Source: Patescibacteria group bacterium (GTDB lineage Bacteria; Patescibacteriota; Minisyncoccia; Phycocordibacterales; Phycocordibacteraceae). Taken from it: 64,000 nt of DNA. This document shows positions 39,128 to 49,059 of the stretch, in pieces. Location of the stretch: positions 1,051 through 65,050 of the forward strand of contig JAGXBE010000001.1 in assembly GCA_018971265.1 (NCBI GenBank). The letters are read 5' to 3'. The position numbers and the translations under genes are program-made. The notes under the pieces were generated by a model. That model did no database searches, was not told where the DNA came from, and was given only the letters and a program-made list of their open reading frames with translations. Every line of letters begins with the position of its first letter. The stretch's first letter is position 1.

Positions 39128-41095
39128 TCACCAAATTTTCGCTCGGTCTTTCGGTTTTCTATACAACAAATCCCCCTTTTGCACGCCAAACGCTTTGTAA
39201 AACTCCGGCAAATTTGAAGCAGGACCGTTGACGCGGAAAATACCGGGCGAATGAGGGTCGGTGAGCACCTGCGTTTTTTCCGTCTCGGGCCGCCGGTTCT
39301 CGCGCTCGAAGAGCGCGAGACCGAGGAAGAAACGCTGTTCGGGGGTAAAACCACTGCGGTTCTTACGTCCCGTTTTTGAAAGGCGGAATTGATATGCATC
39401 GTAGGCGATTGAAGCTCCGCCGAGGTCGGCGATATTTTCACCCAACGTCAACTGTCCGTTCACCTTGAGTCCGTCCGCAACGGTATATTCGTTGAATTGC
39501 CTCACGAGTACCCAGGCTTTTTTATCGAAACGGGCACGGTCTATCTTCGTCCACCACGTCTTCCTGTTTCCCTTGCCGTCAAATTTGGCACCCTGATCGT
39601 CAAAACCGTGCGTTATCTCGTGGCCAATGACCGAACCCATGGCACCATAATTGAGAGCATCATCAGCGTTTGTCGAAAAGAACGGCGGCTGTAGTATCGC
39701 TGCGGGGAAGACAACATCGTTTAACCCGAAACTGCAATACGCGTTTACCGTCTGCGGGCTCATGAACCACTCGCCCCGATCGACCGGTTTTGTAAGGCGT
39801 CGCATCACGCGTGCATGTTCAAACAATGCCGCACGAACGGAGTTTCCGAAATAATCGTCGGGCGAAATGGAAAGGCCGCGATAGTTTTTCCATTTATCGG
39901 GATAACCGAGTTTCCGGTTCATTTGGCGAAGCTTCTGAACCGCCTTTCGTTTTGTCGAAGAACTCATCCAGTCGAGACTCTTGATGCGCGCTTCATATGC
40001 CCTGAAGAGATCCTCAACTACCTCTACGATCTTCTTTTTTGCGTCCGGGCCGAAATACGCTTGTACATATAGCTTGCCGAGGAGCTCGCCAAGGTTGCCG
40101 TTGACGGCGTTCAGGGCGCGGCGCCACAAGGGCTTCATTTTTCTGGTGCCTGAAAGCACGGTGCCGTAAAAAGCAAAGTTTTGCTTCTCGAATGGCGCGG
40201 AAAGGAGGCCTGCCGCACCGCCCACCAAATGCCAGGTAAGGTAGGTTTTCCAATCCTGAAGCGATTCCCTTACGAGCATTCCGTTCACGGCCTTAAAGAA
40301 CCCCGGCTGCATAACAACGACTTCGCGGACATTGCGCGCGCCGATGATTTTGAAAAAAGAGTCCCATTCTACGGCGCGCGCAAGGCGAGCAAGCGCAGGA
40401 CGGCGCATCTTGTGATATGTCTTGTCGACATCGCGCAAATCCTCCTTCGACATGGATATTTCCGCAAGGGAAGTCTCCATGCGCAAAACGGTCTCGGCGT
40501 TGCGTCGCGCCTGCGCTCTTGTTTTTCCCAAAAGCACGAATATGGCTCTAAGATGCTTCTTATACGCCGTACGTACACGCACCGACTCTGCATCATGCTC
40601 CAGATAATAATCGCGATCGGGCATCCCGAGACCGCTCTGGTGGAGGTAAAGAATGTATCGCTCGCTATTTTTCATGTCTTGGTCAACCATCACGCCCCAC
40701 GGGCCTCCTCCGCCGATTTTCTCAAGATGCGCGAATGTATCGACGAGTGAGCGCACATCTTTGATTCCTGCGATGCGGAGAAGCCACGGAGCAAGCGGTT
40801 TCGCGCCAAGTGAATTGCGCTTCTTCATGTCCAAACCGGAACGATAATAATCGCGAACCATTTTTTCTGGACTGCCCGCTTTTAAATTTCTCTTATTTTG
40901 GAGTTCCAAGACAATGGCACGAAGTTTTTTTTCGGTGTCATAGCGAAGCATGTGAAAAGACCCCCAACGGGACTCGTGCGGGGGTATATGATTTTTCTTG
41001 AGCCAGCGGCCGTTTGCATAGTGGTAAAAGTCATCTTGCGGCCGAATGTCTCTATCCATGCCCCGCACGTCAAACCCCTCTCCATTCTTTTTCAT
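39128..41095 (-). CDS. M13 family zinc metallopeptidase (neprilysin/PepO-like)
   Basis: HEITHGFD zinc motif, 655 aa. No obvious signal peptide. Confidence 0.85.
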   Translation of the reverse strand: MKKNGEGFDVRGMDRDIRPQDDFYHYANGRWLKKNHIPPHESRWGSFHMLRYDTEKKLRAIVLELQNKRNLKAGSPEKMVRDYYRSGLDMKKRNSLGAKPLAPWLLRIAGIKDVRSLVDTFAHLEKIGGGGPWGVMVDQDMKNSERYILYLHQSGLGMPDRDYYLEHDAESVRVRTAYKKHLRAIFVLLGKTRAQARRNAETVLRMETSLAEISMSKEDLRDVDKTYHKMRRPALARLARAVEWDSFFKIIGARNVREVVVMQPGFFKAVNGMLVRESLQDWKTYLTWHLVGGAAGLLSAPFEKQNFAFYGTVLSGTRKMKPLWRRALNAVNGNLGELLGKLYVQAYFGPDAKKKIVEVVEDLFRAYEARIKSLDWMSSSTKRKAVQKLRQMNRKLGYPDKWKNYRGLSISPDDYFGNSVRAALFEHARVMRRLTKPVDRGEWFMSPQTVNAYCSFGLNDVVFPAAILQPPFFSTNADDALNYGAMGSVIGHEITHGFDDQGAKFDGKGNRKTWWTKIDRARFDKKAWVLVRQFNEYTVADGLKVNGQLTLGENIADLGGASIAYDAYQFRLSKTGRKNRSGFTPEQRFFLGLALFERENRRPETEKTQVLTDPHSPGIFRVNGPASNLPEFYKAFGVQKGDLLYRKPKDRAKIW

Positions 41096-41125
41096 ATATG
41101 CAATAGTATATGAATTGCTGGCAGC

Positions 41126-42952
41126 ATGCTATCTTTTCTCGGTATGAACGTACGGGACGTCCGCAAACGATATCTTGATTTCTTCGAAAAAAGGGGGCAT
41201 GCGACCATACCCTCGGCGCCTATCGTACCGGAGAACGATCCGACGACGCTTTTTACTTCTAGCGGCATGCAGCCGCTGGTGCCGTACTTGCTCGGACAGC
41301 CGCACCCGGAAGGCGAACGTCTCGTTAATTCGCAAATGTCATTTCGCGCCGAAGATATCGAGGAAGTGGGAGACAACCGCCACACGACCTTCTTCGAGAT
41401 GCTCGGAAACTGGTCCTTGGGCGACTACTTCAAGAAAGAACAGCTGCCGTGGTTTTTCGAATTCCTCACGAGCAAGGAAGAAGGACTCGGCCTTTCGCCG
41501 GAGAAGCTTTCTGTGACGACGTTTTCCGGTGACGAGGAGAGCGGCATGGCGGCGGACTGTGAATCCGTCACCATCTGGAAGGAGATAGGCATCCCCGACG
41601 AGCGCATCTTCTCGTACGGCACGAAAAAAAACTGGTGGAGCCGCGCCGGGGTACCGAGCAAAATGCCTGCGGGTGAGATTGGCGGGCCTGACTCCGAGGT
41701 CTTTTATGATTTCGGACTCCCTCATGATGCGCGGTTTGGGAAAGAGTGCCATCCCAACTGCGACTGCGGCCGTTTCGTAGAGATAGGGAACTCGGTCTTC
41801 ATGCAGTACGTGAAGCAGGCCGACGGCACGTTCAAGGAATTGCCGAAGAAGAACGTGGACTTTGGCGGCGGCCTCGAACGCCTCACTGCGGCAACCCGCG
41901 GCAACCCGGATATATTTCTCATCGACGTATTCGATGCGGCACGAAAAGTGCTTGATGAACGCTCTGGCAGAGCTTATGGCACGGACGAGGCCACAACGCG
42001 TTCATATCGCATCATCCTCGACCACATGCGCGCAGCGTCGTTCATGCTCGCGTCCGGCATACGCTCATCGAACACCGAACAGGGCTATGTGCTCCGCCGG
42101 CTCATCCGCCGTTCCATCCGCGAAGCGGACAAGCTCGGCATAAAGGATGCGGTGTTGGCGGATGTCGCCGAAGGATTTGGCGCCTCTTACGCGAGCGCGT
42201 ATCCGTTCGTGCAATCGGCGGCGCAGACCATCTGCGAAGAACTGGAGAAAGAAGAAGGGCAATTCAGGAAGACGCTTACGAACGGCATGCGCGAACTAGA
42301 GAAGATGAAGGAAGACATCGACGCGTTCCTCCTCTTCACTACTTACGGATTTCCGATAGAGCTCACTGAGGAGATGGCGAAAGAGCGCGGCGTTGCGCTC
42401 GATATGCAGGCGGTGAAATCAAAAATGGTTGAGCATCAAGCCCTTTCCCGCGCGGGTGCGGCGCAGAAGTTCGCGGGCGGGCTCGCCGACCACGCGGAAC
42501 AAACCGTTCGCTATCATACGGCGCACCACTTGCTCCTCAAGGCGCTCCAGAGAGTACTTGGACCGGAAGTGCATCAGCGGGGGAGCAACATCACGAGCGA
42601 GCGCCTGCGCATAGACTTTTCCTACGGGCAGAAGATGACGGCGGAGCAGAAAGCGGAAGTGGAGAAAATCGTGAATGAGAAAATCGCGGAAGCCATGCCT
42701 GTCATCCGCACCGATATGAAGAAAGAAGAGGCGGAGAAGCTCGGCGCGGAGCGCGAGTTCGGCGCCACCTATCCGGACACCGTTTCGGTGTATTCGGTCG
42801 GCCCCTTGGACAACGCGTTTTCCATAGAGTTCTGTGGCGGCCCGCATGTATCCAACACGAACGAACTCGGCATTGGCGGGAAGAAATTTAAGATACAGAA
42901 AGAAGAAGCGTCTTCCGCCGGCGTTCGCCGCATCAAAGCAGTGTTAGAATAG
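41126..42952 (+). CDS. alaS: alanine--tRNA ligase, short form lacking the C-terminal C-Ala domain
   Basis: Class II catalytic core, then an editing domain with HxxxH/CxxxH (HTAHHLL and CGGPHV). 608 aa. Confidence 0.85.
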   Translation: MLSFLGMNVRDVRKRYLDFFEKRGHATIPSAPIVPENDPTTLFTSSGMQPLVPYLLGQPHPEGERLVNSQMSFRAEDIEEVGDNRHTTFFEMLGNWSLGDYFKKEQLPWFFEFLTSKEEGLGLSPEKLSVTTFSGDEESGMAADCESVTIWKEIGIPDERIFSYGTKKNWWSRAGVPSKMPAGEIGGPDSEVFYDFGLPHDARFGKECHPNCDCGRFVEIGNSVFMQYVKQADGTFKELPKKNVDFGGGLERLTAATRGNPDIFLIDVFDAARKVLDERSGRAYGTDEATTRSYRIILDHMRAASFMLASGIRSSNTEQGYVLRRLIRRSIREADKLGIKDAVLADVAEGFGASYASAYPFVQSAAQTICEELEKEEGQFRKTLTNGMRELEKMKEDIDAFLLFTTYGFPIELTEEMAKERGVALDMQAVKSKMVEHQALSRAGAAQKFAGGLADHAEQTVRYHTAHHLLLKALQRVLGPEVHQRGSNITSERLRIDFSYGQKMTAEQKAEVEKIVNEKIAEAMPVIRTDMKKEEAEKLGAEREFGATYPDTVSVYSVGPLDNAFSIEFCGGPHVSNTNELGIGGKKFKIQKEEASSAGVRRIKAVLE

Positions 42953-42956
42953 ACCC

Positions 42957-44003
42957 ATGAAAGTTTTTCGCTCTCTTTTCCGCGGCAAGCGAGGAGAATC
43001 GGTGGTACTGATAGATGTCGGGGCGAGCTCAATCGCCGGTGCCTATGTTCACTACGGTGAAAACGAATCGCCGGCGCTGATTTATATGCGGCGCGTTCCT
43101 ATCGAAATACGGGAGGGCGAGCCGCACGGGCGAGCTATGTTGCGAGCACTCCGGATACTCGGAGACGTTCTTGTGCAGGAAGGTGCGCCGATGCTTGCGC
43201 GCTCTACCGGCAGCGGCAGCGCCGATATCATCCTCGTCTCCGTTGACGCGCCATGGCAAGAAACCTCAGTACGTACCGAACATTTCGAACGGACGACGCC
43301 GTTCACTTTCACCAAGGCTCTCGTTAGCAAGGAGCTCGAGAAAAGCCGCGCTAACGTGCCGGAAAAAGTGCTCGCCGATGAAAGCGTCATCGGCACGATT
43401 CTCAACGGCTACGAGACAACCCGTCCCTATGGAAAAAAAGTACATCGTGCGTCCGTCGTGGTCCTTACTTCGCTTATCGACAAAAAAATAGCGGACGGCA
43501 TCATCTCAATCCTCCAAGGCATCTATCATACGAAACGCATTCTGCCCATTTCAGGCAGCTCGCTCCGCTATCAGGCGATGCGTACAGTGTTTCCGCATGA
43601 ACGGGACGCTCTCATCCTCGATGCCATGGGTTCCTTGACTTCGGTCGTGCTCGTGCGCAAAGGGCTTCTAATGTCCGTCTCAGAAATAGGGGATACCACC
43701 GAGAATGACCCCGCATGGGTGCGCAAAGTCGCGGACGGGTTTGCGGAAATCGCAAAACGCTACCCATTGCCTCGGACTATATTCTTGCTGGCTCATGAAC
43801 CAGAAATTTCTTCTCTTCGCGCAAAACTCGATGAGGCGCGCCTCGGGTCACTCTGGCTCTCAGACAACCCCCCCAAAATAGTCTCTATTTTGGCGAGCCA
43901 TGTCGCAGGATCGATCCAACACGCCAATACGACATCTCCCGACCTTCTTATTCTTCTCATGGCACGCTACTATCAAGCAAAAGGAAAGGAAGAGAAGTTC
44001 TGA
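42957..44003 (+). CDS. actin-like ATPase fold protein (FtsA/PilM-like)
   Basis: Phosphate-1-like VVLIDVGASSIAGAY and phosphate-2-like ALILDAMGSLTSVVLV. The domain order parallels FtsA. Confidence 0.4.
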   Translation: MKVFRSLFRGKRGESVVLIDVGASSIAGAYVHYGENESPALIYMRRVPIEIREGEPHGRAMLRALRILGDVLVQEGAPMLARSTGSGSADIILVSVDAPWQETSVRTEHFERTTPFTFTKALVSKELEKSRANVPEKVLADESVIGTILNGYETTRPYGKKVHRASVVVLTSLIDKKIADGIISILQGIYHTKRILPISGSSLRYQAMRTVFPHERDALILDAMGSLTSVVLVRKGLLMSVSEIGDTTENDPAWVRKVADGFAEIAKRYPLPRTIFLLAHEPEISSLRAKLDEARLGSLWLSDNPPKIVSILASHVAGSIQHANTTSPDLLILLMARYYQAKGKEEKF

Positions 44004-44113
44004 CTCCCTTTTCTTCTCTCGACCATCACGCGTAAAAAAATTGAGACGCCTGACAAAACAGCTAATGCACATCCCCTTACGAAACTTGTCCTCCGGGCTG
44101 GTATACTCTCTTT

Positions 44114-45340
44114 ATGCGCAAACTTGATGACATCGTTATACCGTCCTCGCGCCGCAGAGAGGTGGCTGCCACAGACCAGCCGCCCGTTCCCAGTCGAGAG
44201 CCGCTTCGTCTTTCAGAGAAACCGCCAAGACTTCCTTATACGACGCTTGTCGTTGTTTTGCTCATCATAGCTATTTCCGCCGGCGCATTATTCTACTTCT
44301 CCGGCGCCAAGGTTGAGATAACGCCAAATTCTGTTTCTGCGGCGGTCCAAAATTCATTTACCGCAAGTCAGAACGCCGGAAACTTACCTTTCGAGATCGT
44401 TACGGCACAAAAAATAGCGACTCAGAGTGTCGAGGGAAGCGGCACCAAAGAAATGCATTCTTTCGCCTCAGGAACCGTGACCATCTACAATACGCAAAAG
44501 AAGGCACAGCGTCTCATTACGAATACCCGTTTCGCCACCACCGCCGGGCTCATTTTCCGCATCCACTCATCGGTGGTGGTTCCAGCAGCGACAGACCCAA
44601 CAAAACCAGGGAACATAACAGTTTCCGTATACGCCGATCAAGCTGGCAGTTCCTACAATATTGGCCCTTCTTCTTTCACGATTCCAGGACTTGCTGGAAC
44701 GCCGCAAGCAACCATGGTATACGCGCGTTCATCAGGATCGATGACAGGAGGTGCGTCAGGAAATGTTCCGATTATAAACACCGCGACTGAGACGCAGACG
44801 CGCGCGGCGCTCATCACTGCTCTCACTCCGGACTTGGCTGCCAGCATAGAAGCGCAAATACCCGCCGGTTATCTGCTTCTGCCCGGGGCCGCAACTACAA
44901 CGTATCAAGAACTCACGCCGACTCCGTCAAAGACAACAGGGATGGTCGACGTAAGAGAACAGGGAACCATTACGGCCGTCGTCTTCCCGAATGCCGCCCT
45001 CGCAAAAACAATCGCTTCTTCAATTGCAGGGCTTGGGTATCAGGGCGAACCGCTTATTCTTGCCTCCACAAGCGATCTTAGAATGGTGCCGGGTTCCGGA
45101 CAAATGCCCGATTCGCGCACCACTTCATTCTCTTTCACCCTCGCGGGAACCGCTTCTCTTGTATACGATGTCGATACGGCCCGCATCGCCGCAGCGGTGA
45201 GCGGGAAAACCCGTCCAGCCGCCGAGGTAGCGCTTACGAATCTTCCGGAAGTCAAGCGCGCCGTTATCACCCTCCGGCCGTTCTGGAGACAGACGTTCCC
45301 TCAGGACCCCTCCAGCATTTCGGTCGTGGTTACGCATTGA
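44114..45340 (+). CDS. hypothetical membrane-anchored extracytoplasmic protein
   Basis: Single N-terminal TM (LVVVLLIIAISAGALFYF) then a Thr/Ser/Ala/Gly-rich beta-type domain. Confidence 0.45.
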   Translation: MRKLDDIVIPSSRRREVAATDQPPVPSREPLRLSEKPPRLPYTTLVVVLLIIAISAGALFYFSGAKVEITPNSVSAAVQNSFTASQNAGNLPFEIVTAQKIATQSVEGSGTKEMHSFASGTVTIYNTQKKAQRLITNTRFATTAGLIFRIHSSVVVPAATDPTKPGNITVSVYADQAGSSYNIGPSSFTIPGLAGTPQATMVYARSSGSMTGGASGNVPIINTATETQTRAALITALTPDLAASIEAQIPAGYLLLPGAATTTYQELTPTPSKTTGMVDVREQGTITAVVFPNAALAKTIASSIAGLGYQGEPLILASTSDLRMVPGSGQMPDSRTTSFSFTLAGTASLVYDVDTARIAAAVSGKTRPAAEVALTNLPEVKRAVITLRPFWRQTFPQDPSSISVVVTH

Positions 45341-45397
45341 CGACTTTCCCGGCACCTGCTAGATTAAAGGGGTACCTGTATGGATGGCGATCGTTAA

Positions 45398-45679
45398 ATG
45401 AGCGACGGCGAAGAGACAAAAACGACGGCGACTGGCACCGTTGAAGAGGTGTTGCCTAATTCGCTTTTTCGCGTTCGCGTATCCGGATCGGCGAACGCAT
45501 CCCCCGAGGATTTGGCGGAGGGGAGCGCGATTGATAAGGAGGGGGGGAAAGATCTCGTGCTCGCCTATTTGGCAGGTAAAATGCGTCTTCATCGTATCCG
45601 CGTTCTGGTCGGCGACCAGGTGGACATGGTGCTTGATCCCTACGGGGGCCGTGCGCGCATAGTGCGCCGATTAACGTAA
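45398..45679 (+). CDS. infA: translation initiation factor IF-1 carrying an insertion of about 20 aa
   Basis: [16 protein letters not shown] ... [24 protein letters not shown] matches the IF-1 S1-like fold. [24 protein letters not shown] is inserted in the beta2-beta3 loop. Confidence 0.8.
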   Translation: MSDGEETKTTATGTVEEVLPNSLFRVRVSGSANASPEDLAEGSAIDKEGGKDLVLAYLAGKMRLHRIRVLVGDQVDMVLDPYGGRARIVRRLT

Positions 45680-45697
45680 TGTATCTAATACTTCACA

Positions 45698-45814
45698 ATG
45701 AAAGTTCGTGCGTCAATAAAAAAACAGCAGCCAGGGGATCAGCTAGTCCGTCGCGGCGGGCGGCTGTATCGTATCAATAAGAAAAAACCGCGTCGCAAGG
45801 CCCGACAAGGGTAG
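45698..45814 (+). CDS. rpmJ: 50S ribosomal protein L36, cysteine-less variant
   Basis: Encodes [38 protein letters not shown] (38 aa). Not in the ORF track. It sits between infA and rpsM, the conserved position. The zinc-binding Cys are replaced. Confidence 0.75.
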   Translation: MKVRASIKKQQPGDQLVRRGGRLYRINKKKPRRKARQG

Positions 45815-45860
45815 CCGCTCGCGTTTATTTATCCAGAATTTCACAACTTTTCTTTTCTCT

Positions 45861-46241
45861 ATGCGCATCGCTGGTGTCACCGTTCCCGATACAAAGCAGC
45901 TTGGCTATGCCTTGCCGCTTATTTACGGTATCGGAGCAACCCGTGCGCGAGAAATTTTGGAAAAGGCAAACATTGCGAAGAACAGAAAGGCGAGCGAGCT
46001 TACAAACGATGAGGAGCAGCGCATACGTTCGCTCGTGGAGTCTTTCGTTATCGAAGGCGAGCTGCGACGCGAAATAGGACAAAATATCAAACGGCTCAAG
46101 GATATCCGGTCGGCGCGCGGCGCGCGCCATGAACGCGGACTGCCAGTACGCGGTCAGCGTACCAAGACCAATTCACGCACGCGGCGGGGCAACGTCCGTA
46201 AAACAATGACTTCGGGGCGTCGTACGCTTGAAAAAACTTAA
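45861..46241 (+). CDS. rpsM: 30S ribosomal protein S13
   Basis: MRIAGVTVPDTKQLGYALPLIYGIG. Confidence 0.9.
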   Translation: MRIAGVTVPDTKQLGYALPLIYGIGATRAREILEKANIAKNRKASELTNDEEQRIRSLVESFVIEGELRREIGQNIKRLKDIRSARGARHERGLPVRGQRTKTNSRTRRGNVRKTMTSGRRTLEKT

Positions 46242-46247
46242 TCACCT

Positions 46248-46682
46248 ATGGGAAAAAAACGCATTATCAAGAAAAGCGGCAAAGGCCTCGATCAAGGACG
46301 CAAGGAACGTGCGCTTTCGAAAGCAACTAAACGCCACCTCGAAAAGGGTATTCTCCATATCGAGGCGACGTTCAACAATACAAAAGCAATCCTTACTGAC
46401 GAGAAGGGTAATGCGGTCGTCAGTTCTTCTGCCGGCGCTCTCGGTTTTTCTGGTGCGAGAAAATCGACACCCTATGCGGCGGCTAAGGTCGGCGAGTTTC
46501 TTGGCGAGAAGGGTATGATGATCGGCCTCAAAGAAGCATCGGTTGTCATCCGCGGCGTGGGTGCGGGCCGCGAGTCGGTGCTGCGCGCGTTCTCGGGCAA
46601 GGGTGTCCAGATACGTTCCATAAAGGACGTAACGCCGGTGCCACACAACGGTCCGCGCCCACCCAAGCCTCGCCGCGTATAA
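46248..46682 (+). CDS. rpsK: 30S ribosomal protein S11
   Basis: GILHIEATFNNTKAILTDEKGNAV ... S11 signature. Confidence 0.9.
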   Translation: MGKKRIIKKSGKGLDQGRKERALSKATKRHLEKGILHIEATFNNTKAILTDEKGNAVVSSSAGALGFSGARKSTPYAAAKVGEFLGEKGMMIGLKEASVVIRGVGAGRESVLRAFSGKGVQIRSIKDVTPVPHNGPRPPKPRRV

Positions 46683-46703
46683 TTTCCTATCCTTTAACTT
46701 CGT

Positions 46704-47315
46704 ATGATTACTGGTCCACGATATAAAATAGCGAAACGTCTTGGCGCTTCTGTTTTTGAAAAAGCACAGACGCAAAAATTCGCTCTTTCCGCTGACCGCA
46801 GCGCAAAAAATAAACGACGCGGACGCGGACGCGCAAGCGAGTACAGCAAGCAGATGCTCGAGAAACAGAAAGTGCGTGTTACCTACGGTTTGCCGGAACG
46901 GCAATTCCGCAATTATGTCCGGAAGGCACTCGCTGCACACGGGGCAAAGCCGGTCGAACGCCTCCACGAACTTCTCGAACTTCGACTTGATAACGTCATT
47001 TGGCGACTCGGCCTTGCGCCCACGCGCCGTGCCGCGCGTCAGATGGTTGCGCACGGCCACGTGCTTGTTGGCGGGAAAAAGACCCGTATCCCTTCGCGTA
47101 CCCTCTCGGTCGGTGATCAGATTGCGGTACGCGAGGGCTCGAAAGAGCACGGAACCCTGATCGGATTCAATGAACGTTTTCTTGAACGGCCGATTGCGAG
47201 ATGGCTCTCGTGGAACCCAAAGACGATGGAGGGCAGCGTTCTTGAGCGCCCGACCGTGGCATCGGCGGATCCCGCCGGCGACCTCGGTACGGTGCTCTCG
47301 TTCTACACGAGATAA
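46704..47315 (+). CDS. rpsD: 30S ribosomal protein S4
   Basis: MITGPRYKIAKRLG ... S4 domain with the ERRLDNVIWRLG-like motif. Confidence 0.9.
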   Translation: MITGPRYKIAKRLGASVFEKAQTQKFALSADRSAKNKRRGRGRASEYSKQMLEKQKVRVTYGLPERQFRNYVRKALAAHGAKPVERLHELLELRLDNVIWRLGLAPTRRAARQMVAHGHVLVGGKKTRIPSRTLSVGDQIAVREGSKEHGTLIGFNERFLERPIARWLSWNPKTMEGSVLERPTVASADPAGDLGTVLSFYTR

Positions 47316-47369
47316 TTTTATTCGCGTTTATCCACTGTTAATAATTTAATTGGTAATTACGATTGCGTT

Positions 47370-48308
47370 ATGGAATACCACATCACCCTTCCCAGTAAGC
47401 CCCGTATCGTTTCTGAAGAGAACATGCAGGGAATATATGAAATCGACTCGCTGTACCCGGGCTACGGGCACACTCTTGGCAACTCGCTGCGCCGTATAAT
47501 CCTTTCTTCGCTTCCCGGCGCGACCGTCACGAGAGTGAAGATTGAAGGCGTGCCGCATGAGTTCGCCACCATCGAAGGAATGCGCGAGACTGTCATGGAA
47601 ATGCTTCTGAACCTGAAGCGTATCCATTTCATCCTGCATGGCGATGAGCCGCAGACCATATCGCTCAAGGCGAAAGGCACGATCGAGATCACGGCAAAGG
47701 ATTTCAATCTCCCAAGCCAGGTCGAGATAAAGAATCCGGATCAGCATATCGCTGACCTTTCGGGGAAGGCCTCGCTCGAACTCGAGGCGACCATCGAGCG
47801 CGGTCTCGGCTATGTCGCGCGCGAGATGCTCACCAAGGAGAAAGTCGATATCGGTACCATTGCGCTTGACGCCACTTTCACGCCTATCCGCCGCGTGAAC
47901 TACGAAGTAGAGAACATGCGCGTCGGCGATCGCACCGATTTCAACCGTTTGCGTATCCTTATCGAGACGAACGGAACCATTGCACCGCGCGAAGCGCTGG
48001 AGCAGTCGATAGAAATCATGATCCATCAGCTCAAGTCCGTGATTGGTTTTCAAGAAACCGCGCCTCAAGAAGCGGGAGACGGCGGAGTTTCTGAAGAAAC
48101 AATCGATCTTACGAAGGTCAAAATCGCCGAACTCGGTCTTCCGGCGCGCGTCGCTTCTTCGCTCGAGGACGCAGGCATTAAGAGTGCCGCCGGTCTTGCG
48201 CGGAAGTCCGCAAGTGCACTGAAGGAAATAGATGGTATTGGGGAGAAGGCAGTCGAGGAGATTTCAAGTGCGCTTGCTGGCTACGGCCTAACGCTCAAAA
48301 GCGAATAA
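47370..48308 (+). CDS. rpoA: DNA-directed RNA polymerase subunit alpha
   Basis: GYGHTLGNSLRRIILSSLPGA in the N-terminal domain, and a C-terminal HhH domain. Confidence 0.9.
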   Translation: MEYHITLPSKPRIVSEENMQGIYEIDSLYPGYGHTLGNSLRRIILSSLPGATVTRVKIEGVPHEFATIEGMRETVMEMLLNLKRIHFILHGDEPQTISLKAKGTIEITAKDFNLPSQVEIKNPDQHIADLSGKASLELEATIERGLGYVAREMLTKEKVDIGTIALDATFTPIRRVNYEVENMRVGDRTDFNRLRILIETNGTIAPREALEQSIEIMIHQLKSVIGFQETAPQEAGDGGVSEETIDLTKVKIAELGLPARVASSLEDAGIKSAAGLARKSASALKEIDGIGEKAVEEISSALAGYGLTLKSE

Positions 48309-48317
48309 TATCTATCT

Positions 48318-48671
48318 ATGAGCCAAAGAAGCAAGCCCCGTGCGTTCAATAGGTCAAGCAATCAGCGCCGCGCGCTCTTGCGCTCGCTCGCACGTTCCCT
48401 GGTCATGCAGGAGCGCATTTCGACTACCGAAGCGAAAGCGAAAGAGCTTCGCCCGCTCATTGAACGTCTCGTGACTTACGCAAAGAAAAACACTCTTGCG
48501 AGTCGCCGTCTTGTCAAATCCCGTCTTGACGATGATGCGGCGGTGAAAAAGCTTTTCGACTCGATTGCGCCACGTTACGGCGACCGAGCGGGCGGCTATA
48601 CCCGTGTGGTGAAGCGTACCCGTCGTGGCACCAGCGACGCGCGGAAGCTTGCGTATATCGCCTTTGTTTAG
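48318..48671 (+). CDS. rplQ: 50S ribosomal protein L17
   Basis: RALLRSLARSLVMQERISTTEAKAKELRPLIERL. Confidence 0.9.
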   Translation: MSQRSKPRAFNRSSNQRRALLRSLARSLVMQERISTTEAKAKELRPLIERLVTYAKKNTLASRRLVKSRLDDDAAVKKLFDSIAPRYGDRAGGYTRVVKRTRRGTSDARKLAYIAFV

Positions 48672-48681
48672 TATTCATGAT

Positions 48682-49056
48682 ATGTCTATGACGCCTACAA
48701 AGCCCGACTTTATAACCTATACCATCGATGCGACCGACCGTACGCTCGGGCGGGTGGCGAGCGAGGCCGCGCACGCGCTCCTCGGCAAGCGCTCAGTACG
48801 CTTCGCCAAGAACCAGACGCTTCCCATGCAGGTCATCATCGAGAATGTGAGCAAGCTCCATCTCACCGAACGCCGTATGAAGGGCAAGGTCTACACGCGC
48901 TACACCGGCTACCCAGGAGGGCTCCGTGAAGTGCGCATGGACGAGATGATAGCGAAGAAGGGCATTGAGGAAGTGGTCAAAAAGACGGTTGACGGCATGA
49001 TTCCGCGAAACAAGCTCCGCGCCCCGCGCATGAGGAACTTGGTCGTCACCGCATAA
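48682..49056 (+). CDS. rplM: 50S ribosomal protein L13
   Basis: Start at MSMTP or MTPTK. The upstream in-frame ATG at 48625 would overlap rplQ. RTLGRVASEAAHALLGK. Confidence 0.85.
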   Translation: MSMTPTKPDFITYTIDATDRTLGRVASEAAHALLGKRSVRFAKNQTLPMQVIIENVSKLHLTERRMKGKVYTRYTGYPGGLREVRMDEMIAKKGIEEVVKKTVDGMIPRNKLRAPRMRNLVVTA

Positions 49057-49059
49057 CCT

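Noticed and set aside
37836-39134. 432-aa minus-strand ORF covering ung and the HD hydrolase
   Set aside because: The plus-strand genes show canonical UDG and HD motifs. The minus ORF is an Arg/Phe-rich artefact.
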